This document shows, piece by piece, positions 15,201-29,700 of a stretch of 64,000 bases of DNA. Each line of letters opens with the position of its first letter. Within the stretch, counting starts at the first letter, position 1. The notes beneath the pieces were generated by a model. The model was not told the origin of the DNA and did not search any database. It saw only the letters and a program-made list of their open reading frames with translations. The DNA is from Ylistrum balloti (taxonomy: Eukaryota), in NCBI RefSeq assembly GCF_031769215.1, contig NW_026782221.1:558001-622000 (forward strand). Direction: 5' to 3'. Both the position numbers and the translations under genes were made by a program.

Positions 15201-16846
15201 GTTATAAACCTCATTCTGGTTTGAAATTGTGACATAATGTTATTCATTTGACAGAGATGTACATAGAGTGTACCTTTGATGAGGTAGAAGATGCTTACCC
15301 TTCTCGTATTTTTCAAGGTTCTACATGTAAATGATATGGTCAAATTTGAGTTTAAAGTACAATAAAGTGAGCATGTCAATATTTTCTTGTTGTAACCAAG
15401 AGAGACGAATCATTGTAAAGTCAAAAGGTGAAGTGGTGAACCTCATAAATACTAAGCATCTTTGATGACTTCATATAGGGAGGTTGGTAGGAATCATATA
15501 TGGTCATGTGATCAAAGGTTAAGTAAAGATTTTAATCCCCCACCTGGAATAAGAGGGGGCTATAGTTTTGTGTCAGTCCTTCTGCTATCTTGTCCTTATC
15601 TTTTACACAACTAATCTTGGGAAATTAATACTTAGGATATGGGTTCACTTTAGTGAGACTGTTTTTCTTGTATCAAAAGTAGGGCACTGTGACCTACATT
15701 TTGACCATAGACTTGCATCAAAGAAAAGATTTGTATTAATTGGCCCTATTTTCTGCATAACTTATCATAGGAACTTAATACTTAGGATATGGGTTCACCT
15801 TAGTGAGACAGTGCATCATCTATTAGAAGTAGATCACTCTGATAAATAAGATTTGACCTTTGACTTTTATCATAGAAAAAAGTTGTCCTGGCCTATCTCC
15901 TACAATACTATTCACTAGAACGTCTTTGTTTACGCATGAGTTCACTTGTAGTGCATTCTTTGTATAAAATTTTACATCTGATGGGAGACTGTAATTTGCC
16001 AAATTGTCTTTTATATCTTCTCACTGGAACAAGGACAAGTCAATTGACAAAATATCTCATTATTTGCACTTTTCTATTGAGTAAAATTAATGTTTTGATC
16101 ACTTCCATATGCCTTTGTGTTATAGTGAGGTAGAGTTTGACAAATTACTGGAGGGATGGATGTTAGATGAGGAGAATGGAGAAACACAAGAAAAATATCC
16201 TTGGAAAATATCAGAGGAGGAAAAAGACTTGCTCCACGATAAAGTAAGATCACCAAAATATGTAAAATGTTGTTTAACAGTGTCATTTCTATATGGGTCA
16301 TGAATTTGACCTCATTACCGACTGTAAACTGTAACAATATATATAAAATCATTTCTGATGTGACATTATTCTTTCTCATTGCTTTACCATATGTAAAAAC
16401 TAATTTGTTCAATTTCAGACAAAGCGGAACATCAGACTTAAGGAGCTCCTAGTGAAACATTCAAGTGATGCATCATTGGTTGTCATGTACGTATGTCAAA
16501 GAGAGGGAGAGTAGGGGGAAAGGCCAAGATAAAAATAACAGCCTGGTAAAGGTGTAGAAATTCTCTTTTATAAGTCAAACAAAAATAACAAAAAATATTG
16601 TATTTATTCTACAGTCCTTAATTAGATTACCTTTTTTAACAGGAATAAACAGCAAGCTATGGTGTAAGAAAGATATATTGATTTTGATGTTTAATTAACT
16701 GTGTTTGCAGGACCCTGCCTATGCCAAGAAAGGGCACCTGTCCGACAGGTCTGTACATGGCTTGGCTGGATACTTTAACTCGTGACATGCCACCCATACT
16801 CTTAATCAGAGGCAACCAGTCCAGTGTGCTCACCTTCTACTCATAA
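3268..16846 (+). CDS. SLC12A2: Na-K-2Cl cotransporter (NKCC1-like, SLC12 family), 3' 19 exons; 5' exons lie upstream of the window
   Basis: Exons 3268-3407, 5169-5279, 5794-5905, 6156-6283, 6492-6779, 7060-7167, 7329-7452, 8401-8502, 9108-9263, 10465-10676, 11344-11487, 11735-11841, 13035-13150, 14093-14311, 14497-14611, 14809-14895, 16126-16243, 16419-16486, 16711-16846. All have AG/GT boundaries with consistent phases (2591 nt). Motifs [75 protein letters not shown] and the C-terminus [12 protein letters not shown] are diagnostic of NKCC/NCC. Confidence 0.95.
4240..4994 (-). mobile_element. Degenerate related HINE-like element in an SLC12A2 intron
   Basis: Its end is the reverse complement of AACAAGAGGCCTAATGGGCC. 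It carries degenerate repeats of about 145 bp with the same GTCACAGGGGTCAAA / AACTTCTTCT motifs as 43948-44933. Confidence 0.5.
10126..10385. repeat. Minisatellite, about 63-bp unit x4, in an SLC12A2 intron
   Basis: Unit AATTAATACATCATCTGGTTAACAGGTTGATTGATAGTTGCCAGTAAACACCATGGTATATAG; ends about 80 bp before the acceptor at 10465. Confidence 0.85.
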
Positions 16847-17450
16847 CATGATCAAGGTTAATATTCATCTCAGCACAGCTTCTGATCCACACAATGATGT
16901 TATGGAGTATTGCATCTGAAAACTAGAGAAAGGAACAAGCAATACTTGAAATGCTCTTTTACGAATCTCAAAATGATGCAGTTTGGTCATTAAGTCTATG
17001 TGTTGAGAGTAATGGAGGTACAGGGAAGATTAAGACATATTTGCCTGATAACATTGAGACTGATAAAAAGTTTTAATGTCTGTGAGATTGAACTGCTGAA
17101 TGTTCTTCGTGAGATAGTTTGCTTAAAGCATACATACATGGGATTATTCTATTTTTGATTTTTCAAGATTTTCACATTCTTCTCTCAAATAGAGAAATAG
17201 ATGTTTCACAAGTGTGGGAAGGATCGTATAAAAAAATCAGATATTTTACAAAACAAAAGATTTTTCCTGGAAGACAGGGGTTGTATGAAAACTACTGTAT
17301 TAATGGTATGGTGCTGAACTATGGCCTAAATTTTGTTACATTTGTGATAAGTAAGGAAAGCTCCCTTGAGCTGAGACTTTAAGTAAAGAATAATGATGTA
17401 CAGAGCAAGTAGTGACCTTATGGTATTGTAGTGATTTAATCTACTGTATT

Positions 17451-17868
17451 TGTGGGACTGGTGATGGGAGAGATGGGGCATACTGGTATATATTACCTGT
17501 ATATGTGGGACTGGTGATGGGAGAGATGGGGCAAACTGGTATATATTACCTGTATATGTGGGACAAGTGATGGGAGAGATAGGACATACTGGTATATATT
17601 ATCTGTATATGTGGGACAAGTGATGGGAGAGATAGGACATACTGGTATATATTATCTGTATATGTGGGGCTAGTGATGGGAGAGATGGGGCATACTGGTA
17701 TATATTACCTGTATATGTGGGGCTAGTGATGGGAGAGATGGGACATACTGGTATATATCACCTGTATATGTGGGACTAGTGATGGGAGAGATGGGACATA
17801 CTGGTATATATTACCTGTATATGTGGGACTAGAGACGGGAGAGATGGGACATGCTGGTGTATATTATA
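17451..17868. repeat. G-rich minisatellite, 53-bp unit x about 8, downstream of the SLC12A2 stop
   Basis: Unit TGTGGGACTGGTGATGGGAGAGATGGGGCATACTGGTATATATTACCTGTATA; starts at 17451, 17504, 17557 and so on. Confidence 0.9.
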
Positions 17869-20800
17869 CCAGGTATCTAATTTAGAAATAATGATATGAA
17901 ATATGTAGATGTATTGTAAATATAAGTAGAGCTGTGATGAATAATTTTAGGTTGAGGTTGACCTTGTATATTCAGATGTTCCTGGTATTTATGAAATGTT
18001 TCGATTCTCTCCAGGAAATGCTTGATATAAGAAGTTGTTTTTGTGAAGGGTGTAACCTAGCTTATGCCTACCACATTTTATAGTTCATTTCTGTAGTGTT
18101 CATGAAGACGGGATTGACGAGGTTATATAATCTGATTGGGACAAAAGCAATATACTGGGTATTATCAGCAGAATTTAAAACTTTTTTAATGATGAGTGGA
18201 GACCTGTATTACTTGCACTTCCAATACTCTCTCTGTAAGCTAAGACATGTGTATTATAGAAATGTTTATAGTATATACATTTAGAACTGCCAGTCTACAG
18301 TTTCACTGTGTTCTGTTTAGCCCTGTAACAATTGGTCTGTGATATTTGGTAATTCTGGTAGAACATTTTTCGTGGTCTTTGTTCTTTATATGCAAACTTG
18401 TTCCTAATTAACATTTGATATGTCAATACTTGTACAAGATTTCACTTACGTTATCCACATGTATGAAATAAGCTGTTAATGTTATCTACATGTCTCAACT
18501 CAGCTGTTAATAAGCTCCTTTCACATGTGTTTTGATGCCAGTATCTGTATTTACTGATATGTTAATGAAGAAATAAATAATTATATTGTTAATTGTACCA
18601 TCATAAATATTTTTGAGTAAAAAATATTACACTTTTGGTGATTTGTGATACATTGAAATGTACCAGTCTTTAGACAGGTATCCCCACATCCTGCCCATTT
18701 GTAATCAACTTCCACAAGCTATCCATCCAACCCTTGTTTTTATATTCTTGTAGCTATTTAACTAAAATTTGGCACAACAACTGATTATTTTTATAAATGT
18801 TTGCCAATTAAATCAGGAGTTCAAAAGTATTTTGGAAGAATTATAAAACAATTTTTTTTAAGGTGTTTACAAATGATTCTATGATTTGAAGTTGAAACCT
18901 AAATCTTATTATAAAAAGTGACAGAACAGAAAAAAAATTATGATTTTGGAAAAAGTGTTAATTAAATCATTATGTACACATGTTGATGAATGACCTGCAA
19001 ATGCAGTTTTTTGTGAGAAGCCACTCTGTTGGAAAGACTTACAGGTGAGATGTAACCATTTACCTGTTACAAAGTCGACAAGCACACATGTGATCAGCTT
19101 AAACTCATTGTATTTGTTACTGCTAAATAGATGGTGATGATATTTTGTTAAATCCATATTTTTGAGGGATGTATGGGATATGTTGCATTTGAAAATATTT
19201 AACATGAATGTGTGCTTTTCATGGCAGAACGATTTTCAGTAATTGTCTGGTTAGAAAGCATTGACAGTTATGTAACCATTGTTATTGTTGTTTTACATTA
19301 TAAATTTACAGACATGTTGAAGAATATATGTATTTGATAATTGTTCCAACCTAGAAGAAACTTTCTAATACACGTAACTGTGTTTGCTATTCGATTATTT
19401 CTTGCAGCACAGAGTACTCGATTGCCCAAATTCAGTTTCATACTTAGATGGATCACATATCATTCACTATTTTATATATTCCCACTGTTTCAATTTCAGC
19501 CCTGATAATGGTACAGTAATCGTATCCTTTACAAGGAACCCTATTACTCAACTTATCACAAATTTAAAGATGTAAGGTGCAATGAGTGTCTCCTGGGTAT
19601 TATATACTTATAAACCGTATATCTCATCATTGTCATTAATAGGTGGCATCCTGGAGCTCATAGACTTCTGTCCTGTTTGGATGTTGAACATTGCCTGAAC
19701 ATTTATAATCTGTGTTTATAGATCTTGCCAGGAGTCTTAGTACTCAGGGTTACCCAAGTTTGTAACAATACTCTGAAAACCCTTACAATATTGAGTCGGC
19801 CAACTTCTTGTCTCCTTGCATAACCTATTAAAGGTGATTAAAAATGTTAACAAAAGGTTGTGCATTTTTTATATACAATATATGTATAGTTTTGTATGAT
19901 GGATTTGTGTTCGCAAGTTTTATATTTTGTCATGTTTTCAACGATTGAAAAATGACCATGTTCTTTCTATTATTTGTCATTAGGGGTGCAGATTATGTTT
20001 GTAAAAAGTATTGCTTTATTTTTGTACATTGTTTATGATTGATGAAGATAATTTTCATGTGTAAATTGTGTAGCACTAGTATTGACATTGCTACCTAAAT
20101 ACAGAGCCTGTCTGCTGTCAGTTACATGTGTATAGGAGACAGCAGATTTTCATGTCTTCATTTACCTGCTTTCGTAATTACATCATTTTCATTGCCATGT
20201 CTAATAGTTATTTTCATTCTTTATAAAAGAATGCTTTAGGTGCTTTAATTTGCAATTTCAACTGAATGGAGGAAGAATCTGTAAAGTTGACCCACCAAAG
20301 TTTATTCATTTTCGAAAAATTTCAAGAAAAATACTTTCTAACTTTCTTTGTCATGTTGAATTGTATAAGTGAAGGATTTTTTTTGTCCCCCATATAAGCC
20401 ACCAAAAACTACAGGTTGAACAGCAGTGATTTTGTTACAAATATATTTCAGAGGTCACAGAAGTCATTCCTACAATGAACGTAACAATAAAACAATGTTG
20501 ATGGAAAAAAAAAGAATTGCAATAGTTCACATAGTTCACATTAGCATTTTCACTGTGAAGATGACTGCTACTATATCCTCTTGATTAGCTGAAAATGTGC
20601 ATGCATTATCAACACCAATGAACAGCAATAGACCAAAACAGACCAAAAAGAAATCAGTTGTTCACAAAATCTCAAATAACACATTATATTTAGCCTACTA
20701 TCATCAGATTGTGAGCAAATCAAATTGACCTTTGTCCAGCGTGTGGCATCCATCGACCATTCTTCCTTAAACAATTCTTGTTATCACTGTTTCTGTAGAA

Positions 20801-23800
20801 GCAGTGAATGGATCATTCTGAAATTTCATACGATGGTTTGCCTTGATTACTGGTAGTGTATATTCTATTTTTGGACATATCTGATCAACAAGATTGCTAA
20901 CAGACAACCATCTTTGGTTTGACTGTCAAAAGTTGTTATCGCTATTTCTTGGGAAGTATTGGATGGATTACTTTCAAGTTTCATAAGTAGGCAACAATCT
21001 TGGATTTTGATGATGAAGGTTTGTTAACAGTATTTCTTGAGAAGTGCTTGATGTCTCTTTCTCAAATTTCACTTGTGGGTGTCCCTTGTTCCACAGTTGT
21101 GCCCTTCTGATTCTTGGACTGATCAGAAAAAAAAATGGCTGACATGCAGCCATCTTGGATTTGACAAGGCAGTGTTTTTTTTATGTCTATTTCTTGAAGT
21201 TCTGGATGAAGCGTTCTCAAATTTTATGTGTAGGTTCCCCTTGTGCCCATTTGATGTTGCAATTGATCTGAAAAGAAAATGGCCAACAGGTGACCATCTT
21301 GCATTATTAATGCTATTTCATTAAAGACTTTTCAAATTTCGTATAATTAATAGCAAAAACAGAGAAAAGGAAGGGATCCAACTTCAAAAGGACAAATTTA
21401 GATCAAATAATTATAGGCACCAAGATCCCCCTTGGATCATGTTTTTGTAGCAAATACATTACAACTATATAAGAGTAAACAAATTCAGTTTACTGCTTAA
21501 TAACAGAAGTTGTTATACAGAAAATGTTAATATTATACAGTTGTCTTTTTTGAGGAAGCCATTGCTGAATTCATAAATTTCATGATTAATTTCAATCTTT
21601 AGAAATTTTGCTAGCCCTACTTGCATGTTTTACTTCATGAAATTTGCTTAAATAATGAGTATGAAAGTATTTTTTCATCTCCAATATAACAGCTAATTCT
21701 GTACAGACATCTTAAATCAGTTTCTTGCATATTAAAAGCATGTCATACAGTTGTATCTGAATCTTGATTAGTTGAACATCCAAGGTGACAATCTATCTGG
21801 TAACACTATCAAAACTTTTGACAAATGTTTTTTCATCCTCAGAATATTAGGGGTTTGAAAAATAAAGGACACTTATGTTGATAGCATCTTCCATCGTTAT
21901 TTCTGTTCTTACAACATCACGGTAGAAAAATACATTGATACTTGAAATTCCTCAGCTGCTATTTATCAATGGTACCAACTTGAAATGCCTCGACTAACAA
22001 AATTGTAAAGTCACTCGACTAAAGCAAATAAAATTTGAGAAAAGTTCAGTTTTGGATCTATCTAAACAGGCAGCTTTTGTTATTGGAGTTATCAGAAATT
22101 TAGTCTACATATTGCATATTTACTGAATATTCAGTGCTTTATTTACCTCTTATGTCAGACTTACTTTAATCTTATAAAATTGTTTTTTTCATTTTGTTAT
22201 TTAATTTTGAAGTTTTCAGTTAATGCATGTTTGCACTTTACAGCAGTAGTTTATGTAGATTTACCTCCCATAATGATTTTAGTCGACTTACCTCCATACG
22301 AAGAGACTTAAGTCAGAATTGGACATCTATGGTCAACATAGATTTACCTCCCTTGATATTTGAATCAAAATTTCAAAAACCATCTTTACTTGTTAAAATT
22401 TTGGTGTCTTCCATTATTTCTATTGAATAAGTTAAAAGTATCATTTATAATCAGGGCTATTTGACTTGATTTCTCTAACAGTTCTCAATCAGAATCCCAC
22501 ACAAAATTGTCTCATTCTGCAGTTGTGCATTTGTTTGATGTATCCACCATGAAATGGCTGGGGCATTGAGCCATCATAATTTTGTCTCCTTTTATTGGCC
22601 ATTGGAGGAATAATATATTGAACATGTAACTGTACAATGAGAAGATGAGAGTAAGAAAGTCTAAAGTTTTTATTTGGTCTCGGTCTGCTTATGTTTTCCA
22701 GGGTTGTGGCCCTTGCGTTTAAAGTTCAATGAATTATCAGTTTCCACCCAATTTTTAAGACATGAAGAGGGATACTTCATTGTTTTTCTACCCAAATTTT
22801 ACAGCAACCTATGTAAATTGAGAAAATATTCTGTTATCTTTGTAGTTTTCTTTAAAAGATATTCTTCAATTTTTTTTAATTTATATTTTTTTTCTTTCCA
22901 TTTTGGAGAAATAGTGCAGTTTTACAATATGGAAAACAGCATGATTTTGGCTGTAAGCTGGGCAATAAAAGGACAAAAACAAGAAGAAAAAAATCCCTCT
23001 CTCTTGAATTGAAATTTGACATGCATTACCAGAAGATGCAGGTCAAGTTCACTTTTTGTTCCTTTTCCCCCCAGAGTTGTAGTCCTTGGAATAAGAATTG
23101 CTGAATGGGGAAATTTAACTGATATTTGATTATAAAAATCCCCATACCTCTCATTGGTTTGCTGGCATGAGATTCCTGTCACAATGACGCATCTTATCAC
23201 AGCTATGGCCACCTATGCTTTTTCCTCTTCAAGTCTTTGACTTGCTAACAAGATTCCATTTCCTAGTATATATCTTTCAATTTGAAATTTTTGAATTATT
23301 GAGAAAACACAAAGTGACCAATGATTTTGATTATTAAAACAACAGGGATAAATCTTCTTTGATTGCTATTTACCGACATTTACCAAGTTTTAGTCACATA
23401 TGTATATGGGTATGTTTTATTTGTTAGTGTATATTTAGTTATTTTATATCTCTTTACGTTATCAGTACACTACCTGGTATGTATGCAATTGTGCACCAAC
23501 CTCATCAATTTGGGCAATTAACATGTTCAGCTTGATTTACAGGATTAATTCATTAAGTGATAGGTACACTGAATTAACCTCATCCTGTATCAATGCTCAA
23601 CCATGGTATACTTACAAACCTCTTAATGGGATTTAGCTCTAGTTTGTTGTGAGAGCAGCATCCTAATAGAGTATTAAACATCTGTATTATATAAACATGA
23701 GAGATAAAGTGACCTATTACAGATAGTGTAAGAGTAAATGGTCACAACTGTGCACAATAAAAATAATGTTACATTTGAGACTTTAGTTTATCTTCTGTCA

Positions 23801-24581
23801 GCATTACCAGCCAACAATATGGGAAATATAATATTTAGTGGGATCAATACATCGATCCACAACATATGTTTTCATTTAACATTGCAGTGTAAGTTACAGT
23901 TATGCAGACAAAACATTCACAAGCAAATCCTCCACAAGTGATATTGATGTCCTGAAGATCCTTGATACATAGTGCCTGTGTCCCATGGTATGATACAACA
24001 TCTGTCCTCTCCTTTAAACAGTCCCTATAATTTATATAAGATCCAGGATCCTGATATTTGGCCAGTAGGTACAATATACCTATCACGGGGTAATATAGCT
24101 AGTGTTCCAAGGATCAATAAATTGTCGAAAATTCAATGCATTTATCCGAAGAGTGATAAGGTCTGGAAGGAGAAAAATTAGGTGTTTTTGTTAGGTACAC
24201 TAGCAGTACACATGTTTAGTCCACCATCTGATGCAGCACTATTCAGATCACCCTGCGTCCATTGTCTGGTGTTCCGTCCAAATATCCTTGCACAATTCTT
24301 GCTACCATTGTTTCTGGAGAAGCATTGGATAGATTTTTAAGAATTGGACAGATCCTTCTAGTATTTCCTGTTTCCCTTGGTCCCTTAGTCAGGGGAAAAA
24401 AGGCAGAAAGGTTACAATCTAAGACATAAAGCTTAATTGCTATTTCTTGAGAGGAAATAGTGTTGCCCATGTCCATTGTGTCCTATTTGGAATCATTGTC
24501 ATGTTTTGAGAACTTCTCAACAGGCATTTATGTCTGACATTTTCTAGTTCTTGCTTATTTTCAATACAAACACTTGATGCA

Positions 24582-26000
24582 CACATTTCTATTATACTGT
24601 CTCTATAACACCAAAGACACACTCATTTCTATTATACTGTCTCTATAACACCAAAGACACACTCATTTCTATTATACTGTCTCTATAACACCAAAGACAC
24701 ACTAATTTCTATTATACTGTCTCTATAACACCAAAGACACTCATTTCTATTATACTGTCTCTATGACACTAAAGTCACACACTCATTTCTATTATACTGT
24801 CTCTATAACACCAAAGACACTCATTTCTATTATACTGTCTCTATAACACCAAAGACACTCATTTCTATTATACTGTCTCTATAACACCAAAGACACACTA
24901 ATTTCTATTATACTGTCTCTATAACACCAAAGACCCACTCATTTCTATTATACTGTCTCTATAACATTAAAGTCACACACTCATTTCTATTATACTGTCT
25001 CTATGACACTAAAGTCACACACTCATTTCTATTATACTGTCTCTATAACACCAAAGACACTCATTTCTATTATACTGTCTCTATAACACCAAAGACACTC
25101 ATTTCTATTATACTGTCTCTATAACACCAAAGACACACTCATTTCTATTATACTGTCTCTATAACACCAAAGACACACTAATTTCTATTATACCGTCTCT
25201 ATAACACCAAAGACCCACTCATTTCTATTATACTGTCTCTATAACACTAAAGTCACACACTCATTTCAATTATACTGTCTCTATAACACTAAAGTCACAC
25301 ACTCATTTCTATTATACTGTCTCTATAACACTAAAGACACACACTCATTTCTATTATACTGTCTCTATAACACCAAAGACACACTCATTTCTATTATACT
25401 TTCTCTATAACACTAAAGTCACACACTCATTTCTATTATACTGTCTCTATAACACCAAAGACACACTCATTTCTATTATACTGTCTCTATAACACAAAAG
25501 ACACACTCATTTCTATTATACTGTCTCTATAACACTAAAGTCACACACTCATTTTTATTATACTGTCTCTATAACACTAAAGTCACATACTCATTTCTAT
25601 TATACTGTCTCTATAACACCAAAGACACACACTCATTTCAATTATACTGTCTCTATAACACCAAAGTCACACACTCATTTCTATTATACTGTCTCTATAA
25701 CACCAAAGATACACTCACTTCTATTATACTGTCTCTATAACACCAAAGACCCACTCATTTCTATTATACTGTCTCTATAACACTAAAGTCACACACTCAT
25801 TTCAATTATACTGTTTCTATAACACTAAAGTCACTCATTTCTTTTATACTGTCTCTATAACACTAAAGACACACACTCATTTCTATTATACTGTCACAAT
25901 AACACTAAAGTCACACACTCATTTCTATTATACTGTCTCTATAACACCAAAGACACTCATTTGAATTATACTGTCACAATATTACCAAAACACACTTATT
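24582..26000. repeat. Minisatellite, 38-42-bp unit x about 35
   Basis: Unit CACTCATTTCTATTATACTGTCTCTATAACACCAAAGACA; lies between the converging 3' ends of SLC12A2 and FBXO22. Confidence 0.95.
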
Positions 26001-26776
26001 TCACTTATACTATCTCAATTACTGTATCAAACAAGCAAGAAATCATTCATTTACATTTTTATTTCAAAATTCCTTAAAAATAAGAAAGACCTTCCCCTAG
26101 AACCATCAATATTTTCACATGTAATTTTTTTAAAAGAATACTTCGTGTACTCTGCATATCAAAACAAAGTTCACATCAACAGAAAATTAATAAATTACTT
26201 AAAAAGCAAGCCATCAGTAATCTGAGGTTCCTTAAGGAACCAAATACTGTGTTTGGTTTTCATCTTGCTTACAAAATGTTTTAAAATTGTTGCTCTCCAT
26301 ACAAGTAATTATAATAGTTCACCTTGTTTAAAAAAATAAATCACATATTTGGCTTTTAAGGTTTTATGACTAAGTCAACCATCTACAGTTGTATTTAAGT
26401 AACTAGATCATTATACAGTTCACAGATCAAACTACACACAATGAAGCCCATTAGAGGGTACTGTAATATCCTTGTTGGTCCCAGAGTCAATGTAATAAGC
26501 TTAACAGCAATCCAGCCCTTACAACTGATAGTGGTTACAGCATTACATCACTGATTCCTAATACCACACAGCTGATATTGGCACTAATTTGTAACACATG
26601 ACATAATTAGGGTGTCTTACCACAAAAATATCTCTAGAGCTGGTCACAGAAAGTTGTACAAAATAATGTAAAGTACCACTTTTAGTGTTATACTTATTAA
26701 AGCACCATCAGTTGTTGCAGCAGTACCAGTTAAGCACCAATAGTGCTGGTCACAGAAAAGTCTAGGAAATTTTCTG

Positions 26777-29700
26777 TCAAACTACTGACACCATACATAT
26801 AATGGTGGTGTATGCATGGTAGAGCTTGGGGAGAGGTTTTTTCATCCCTTCCAGAATGCGGGCACTCCTGACAGAGTTACCATGTGTTGGATTGGATTGA
26901 AAATTATCACATGTTGTGTCTGGGGCCTCATTCTGATATTTCTGCAGGAAGTTAAAGCCGATTTCACCATTGCCGAAAAAACCAAGTAGTGGGGTCTTTG
27001 GAAACATTTTCCTGAAAACTGATGATTCCACATTTTCACAGCCATAGTGACCCTTGCCTCGTCCAAGACAAGCAAACATAAAGGCATAACTCCTTTCCTC
27101 TGGCAGGTTACAGTCCTTGAGCTGCTTTAGTACTCTCTCCACTTCCTCAGGTGTGTGGATATCCTCCTTAATCACCACAGATCTCACCTTCACCTGGGGT
27201 CCACACAGTGCTACACACATCAGAGATGCTGAGCCAGACTCGCTACAAAACAGTAGTAAAGTTACAACACTATTTCTATTGACAAGTACCATTTTTGTTC
27301 ACGACTATTTATAACTATAGCTATTGGTGTTTTCCTTTTCCCCTAAATTTTCAAATCTAGGTTAAATGCATGTGACCAATTGTACCCTTTTTATGGGACA
27401 TTTGATAAGATGGCATCATCTTGCAGGTTCAGACATCATGTAACTTGTGAATTGTCTCCTATTTGGTATCATAGTCAAAGTGAAGGCCAGAGGCTATGTA
27501 ACCTGACAATAGTGACCTACCAGGCATCATAGCATAGGTAGGGGTCAGAGGTTATATCACATAACACTTATCACCTACCTGGCATCATAGCATAGGTAGG
27601 GGTCAGAGGTTATATCACATAACACTTATCACCTACCTGGCATCATAGCATAGGTAGGGGTCAGAGGTTATATCACATAACACTTATCACCTACCTGGCA
27701 TCCTCATGAGGGTTGGGGTCAGAGGTTATATCACATAACACTTATCACCTACCTGGCATTATCTTGAGGGTTAGGGTCAGAGGTTATATCACATAACACT
27801 TATCACCTACCTGGCATCCTCATGAGGGTTGGGGTCAGAGGTTATATCACATAACACTTATCACCTACCTGGCATTATCTTGAGGGTTAGGGTCAGAGGT
27901 TATATCACATAACACTTATCACCTACCTGGCATCCTCATGAGGGTTGGGGTCAGAGGTTATATCACATAACACTTATCACCTACCTGGCATTATCTTGAG
28001 GGTTAGGGTCAGAGGTTATATCACATAACACTTATCACCTACCTGGCATCACCTTGAGGGTTAGGGTCAGAGGTTATATCACATAACACTTATCACCTAC
28101 CTGGCATCATCATGAGGGTTGGGGTCAGAGGTTATGAGGTTGTCTACATAGCCACCAGCTATTACAGCATTGTCGTACATTTGTAATAAAGTGTAACCGA
28201 TCTCTGGGGGACAAAATGGCTCATCACAAAAGAAAAACACTGCTTTCACATCCTTGTCGCTAGGCACAGTGCTGAGTCCTGTCAGATATGTTAAACCAGA
28301 ATGTGTTTCATCCATTTGATTTGCGTAACTGTATATGTCTACATTAAAAGTGAAAAATTCCACGTCCTCCACATGCGGTAGAAAGAGACAAGACAGAGCC
28401 AGCTCACCCTCCACCTCAGTGGTCTTCTTCAGATCTTTACTAGTACCTGAAACAGCATTTAGACAGATAATATATAATTTAATAAATACTGTCATTTGTC
28501 CTGTGTAACTTATAAACTATGACTATACATGCCCTTTAGGTAAGTGAGATTCTATCATCCATCCAGCATCAACTTTTCCGTTATAACTTCTTCTCAACAG
28601 TCAAGAAGCACTGGGCCATCATATTAGCCCAGTAGCATGTTTGGATGAAAGGCTACAACATCGGCAAGAATGACCTTGGGCAAATATTCAAAACCAAATG
28701 GGTCTAATGTCTTTGAATATTCTAAAAGCTTCCTCTCAATAACCACAAGACCCTGAAAAGATATTCAGCTAAAACATGCTGGGATGTACCTGATGCAGTG
28801 TTGCTAAGTTTGTTTAAATGAATAACCTTGACCCACTTTCAAGATCACAGGATTAAAAAGTATATTTAACAACTTTTCAATACCCAAGAACCTGAGCAAT
28901 GATATTGTGCTAGCAGCATGCTCTGGTTGACCAACTTTCAAATTTACACCAATCAAATCATCCAAAATATTTAAATAATTTTTCCATAACCATGAGACTG
29001 TGGGTTTCATTATTTCACCTGCAAGACATACTGTAAAGAAGGGATATGATGTTGGTGATGAACATGAAAATTATCTGAATAAATCCTTGGTATCAAGTCT
29101 TTTCTGTATAAGCTGTATAACAGGTGAGCAGTACTGCCATCCATACATTGATAACTACCCACAATGTCGTCAATCAACCATAAACTACCCATAATGCCAT
29201 TTGTCCACCATGCACTGATACCCAAAACCTTAGCCAACTACACACCAAAACCTATCCACCATGTTGTCAATCAACAAATAAATTACCCACCATGTCATCT
29301 GTCTACCATGTACTAATACCAAAACGTTAGCCAACTACACACCAATACCTACCCACAATGCTATCTGCCCACCGTGCACTGATACCCAAAACCTTAGCCA
29401 ACTACACACCAATACCTACCCACCATGTTGTCAATCAACAAATACCTACCCACAATGCCATCTGTCCACCATGCACTGATACCCAAAACATTAGCCAACT
29501 ACACATCAATACCTACCCACAATGCCATCTGCCCACCGTGCACCGATACCCAAAACATTAGCCAACTACACATCAATACCTACCCACAATGCCATCTGCC
29601 CACCGTGCACCGATACCCAAAACCTTAGCCAACTACACACCAATACCAACCCACCATGTTGTCAATCAACAAATACCTACCCACAATGCCATCTGTCTAC

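Noticed and set aside
20500-24580. Short ORFs and possible degenerate LINE or hidden gene between SLC12A2 and FBXO22
   Set aside because: No RT/endonuclease or other motif and no consistent exon chain. Parts resemble decayed dispersed repeats but cannot be classified by eye.
28997-29237. Possible extra FBXO22 exon with a CAG|GTGAAA donor near 29018
   Set aside because: Exons 3 and 4 already join in frame and collinear with the family (SDGIV-GTSK), and this segment shows no FBXO22 similarity.
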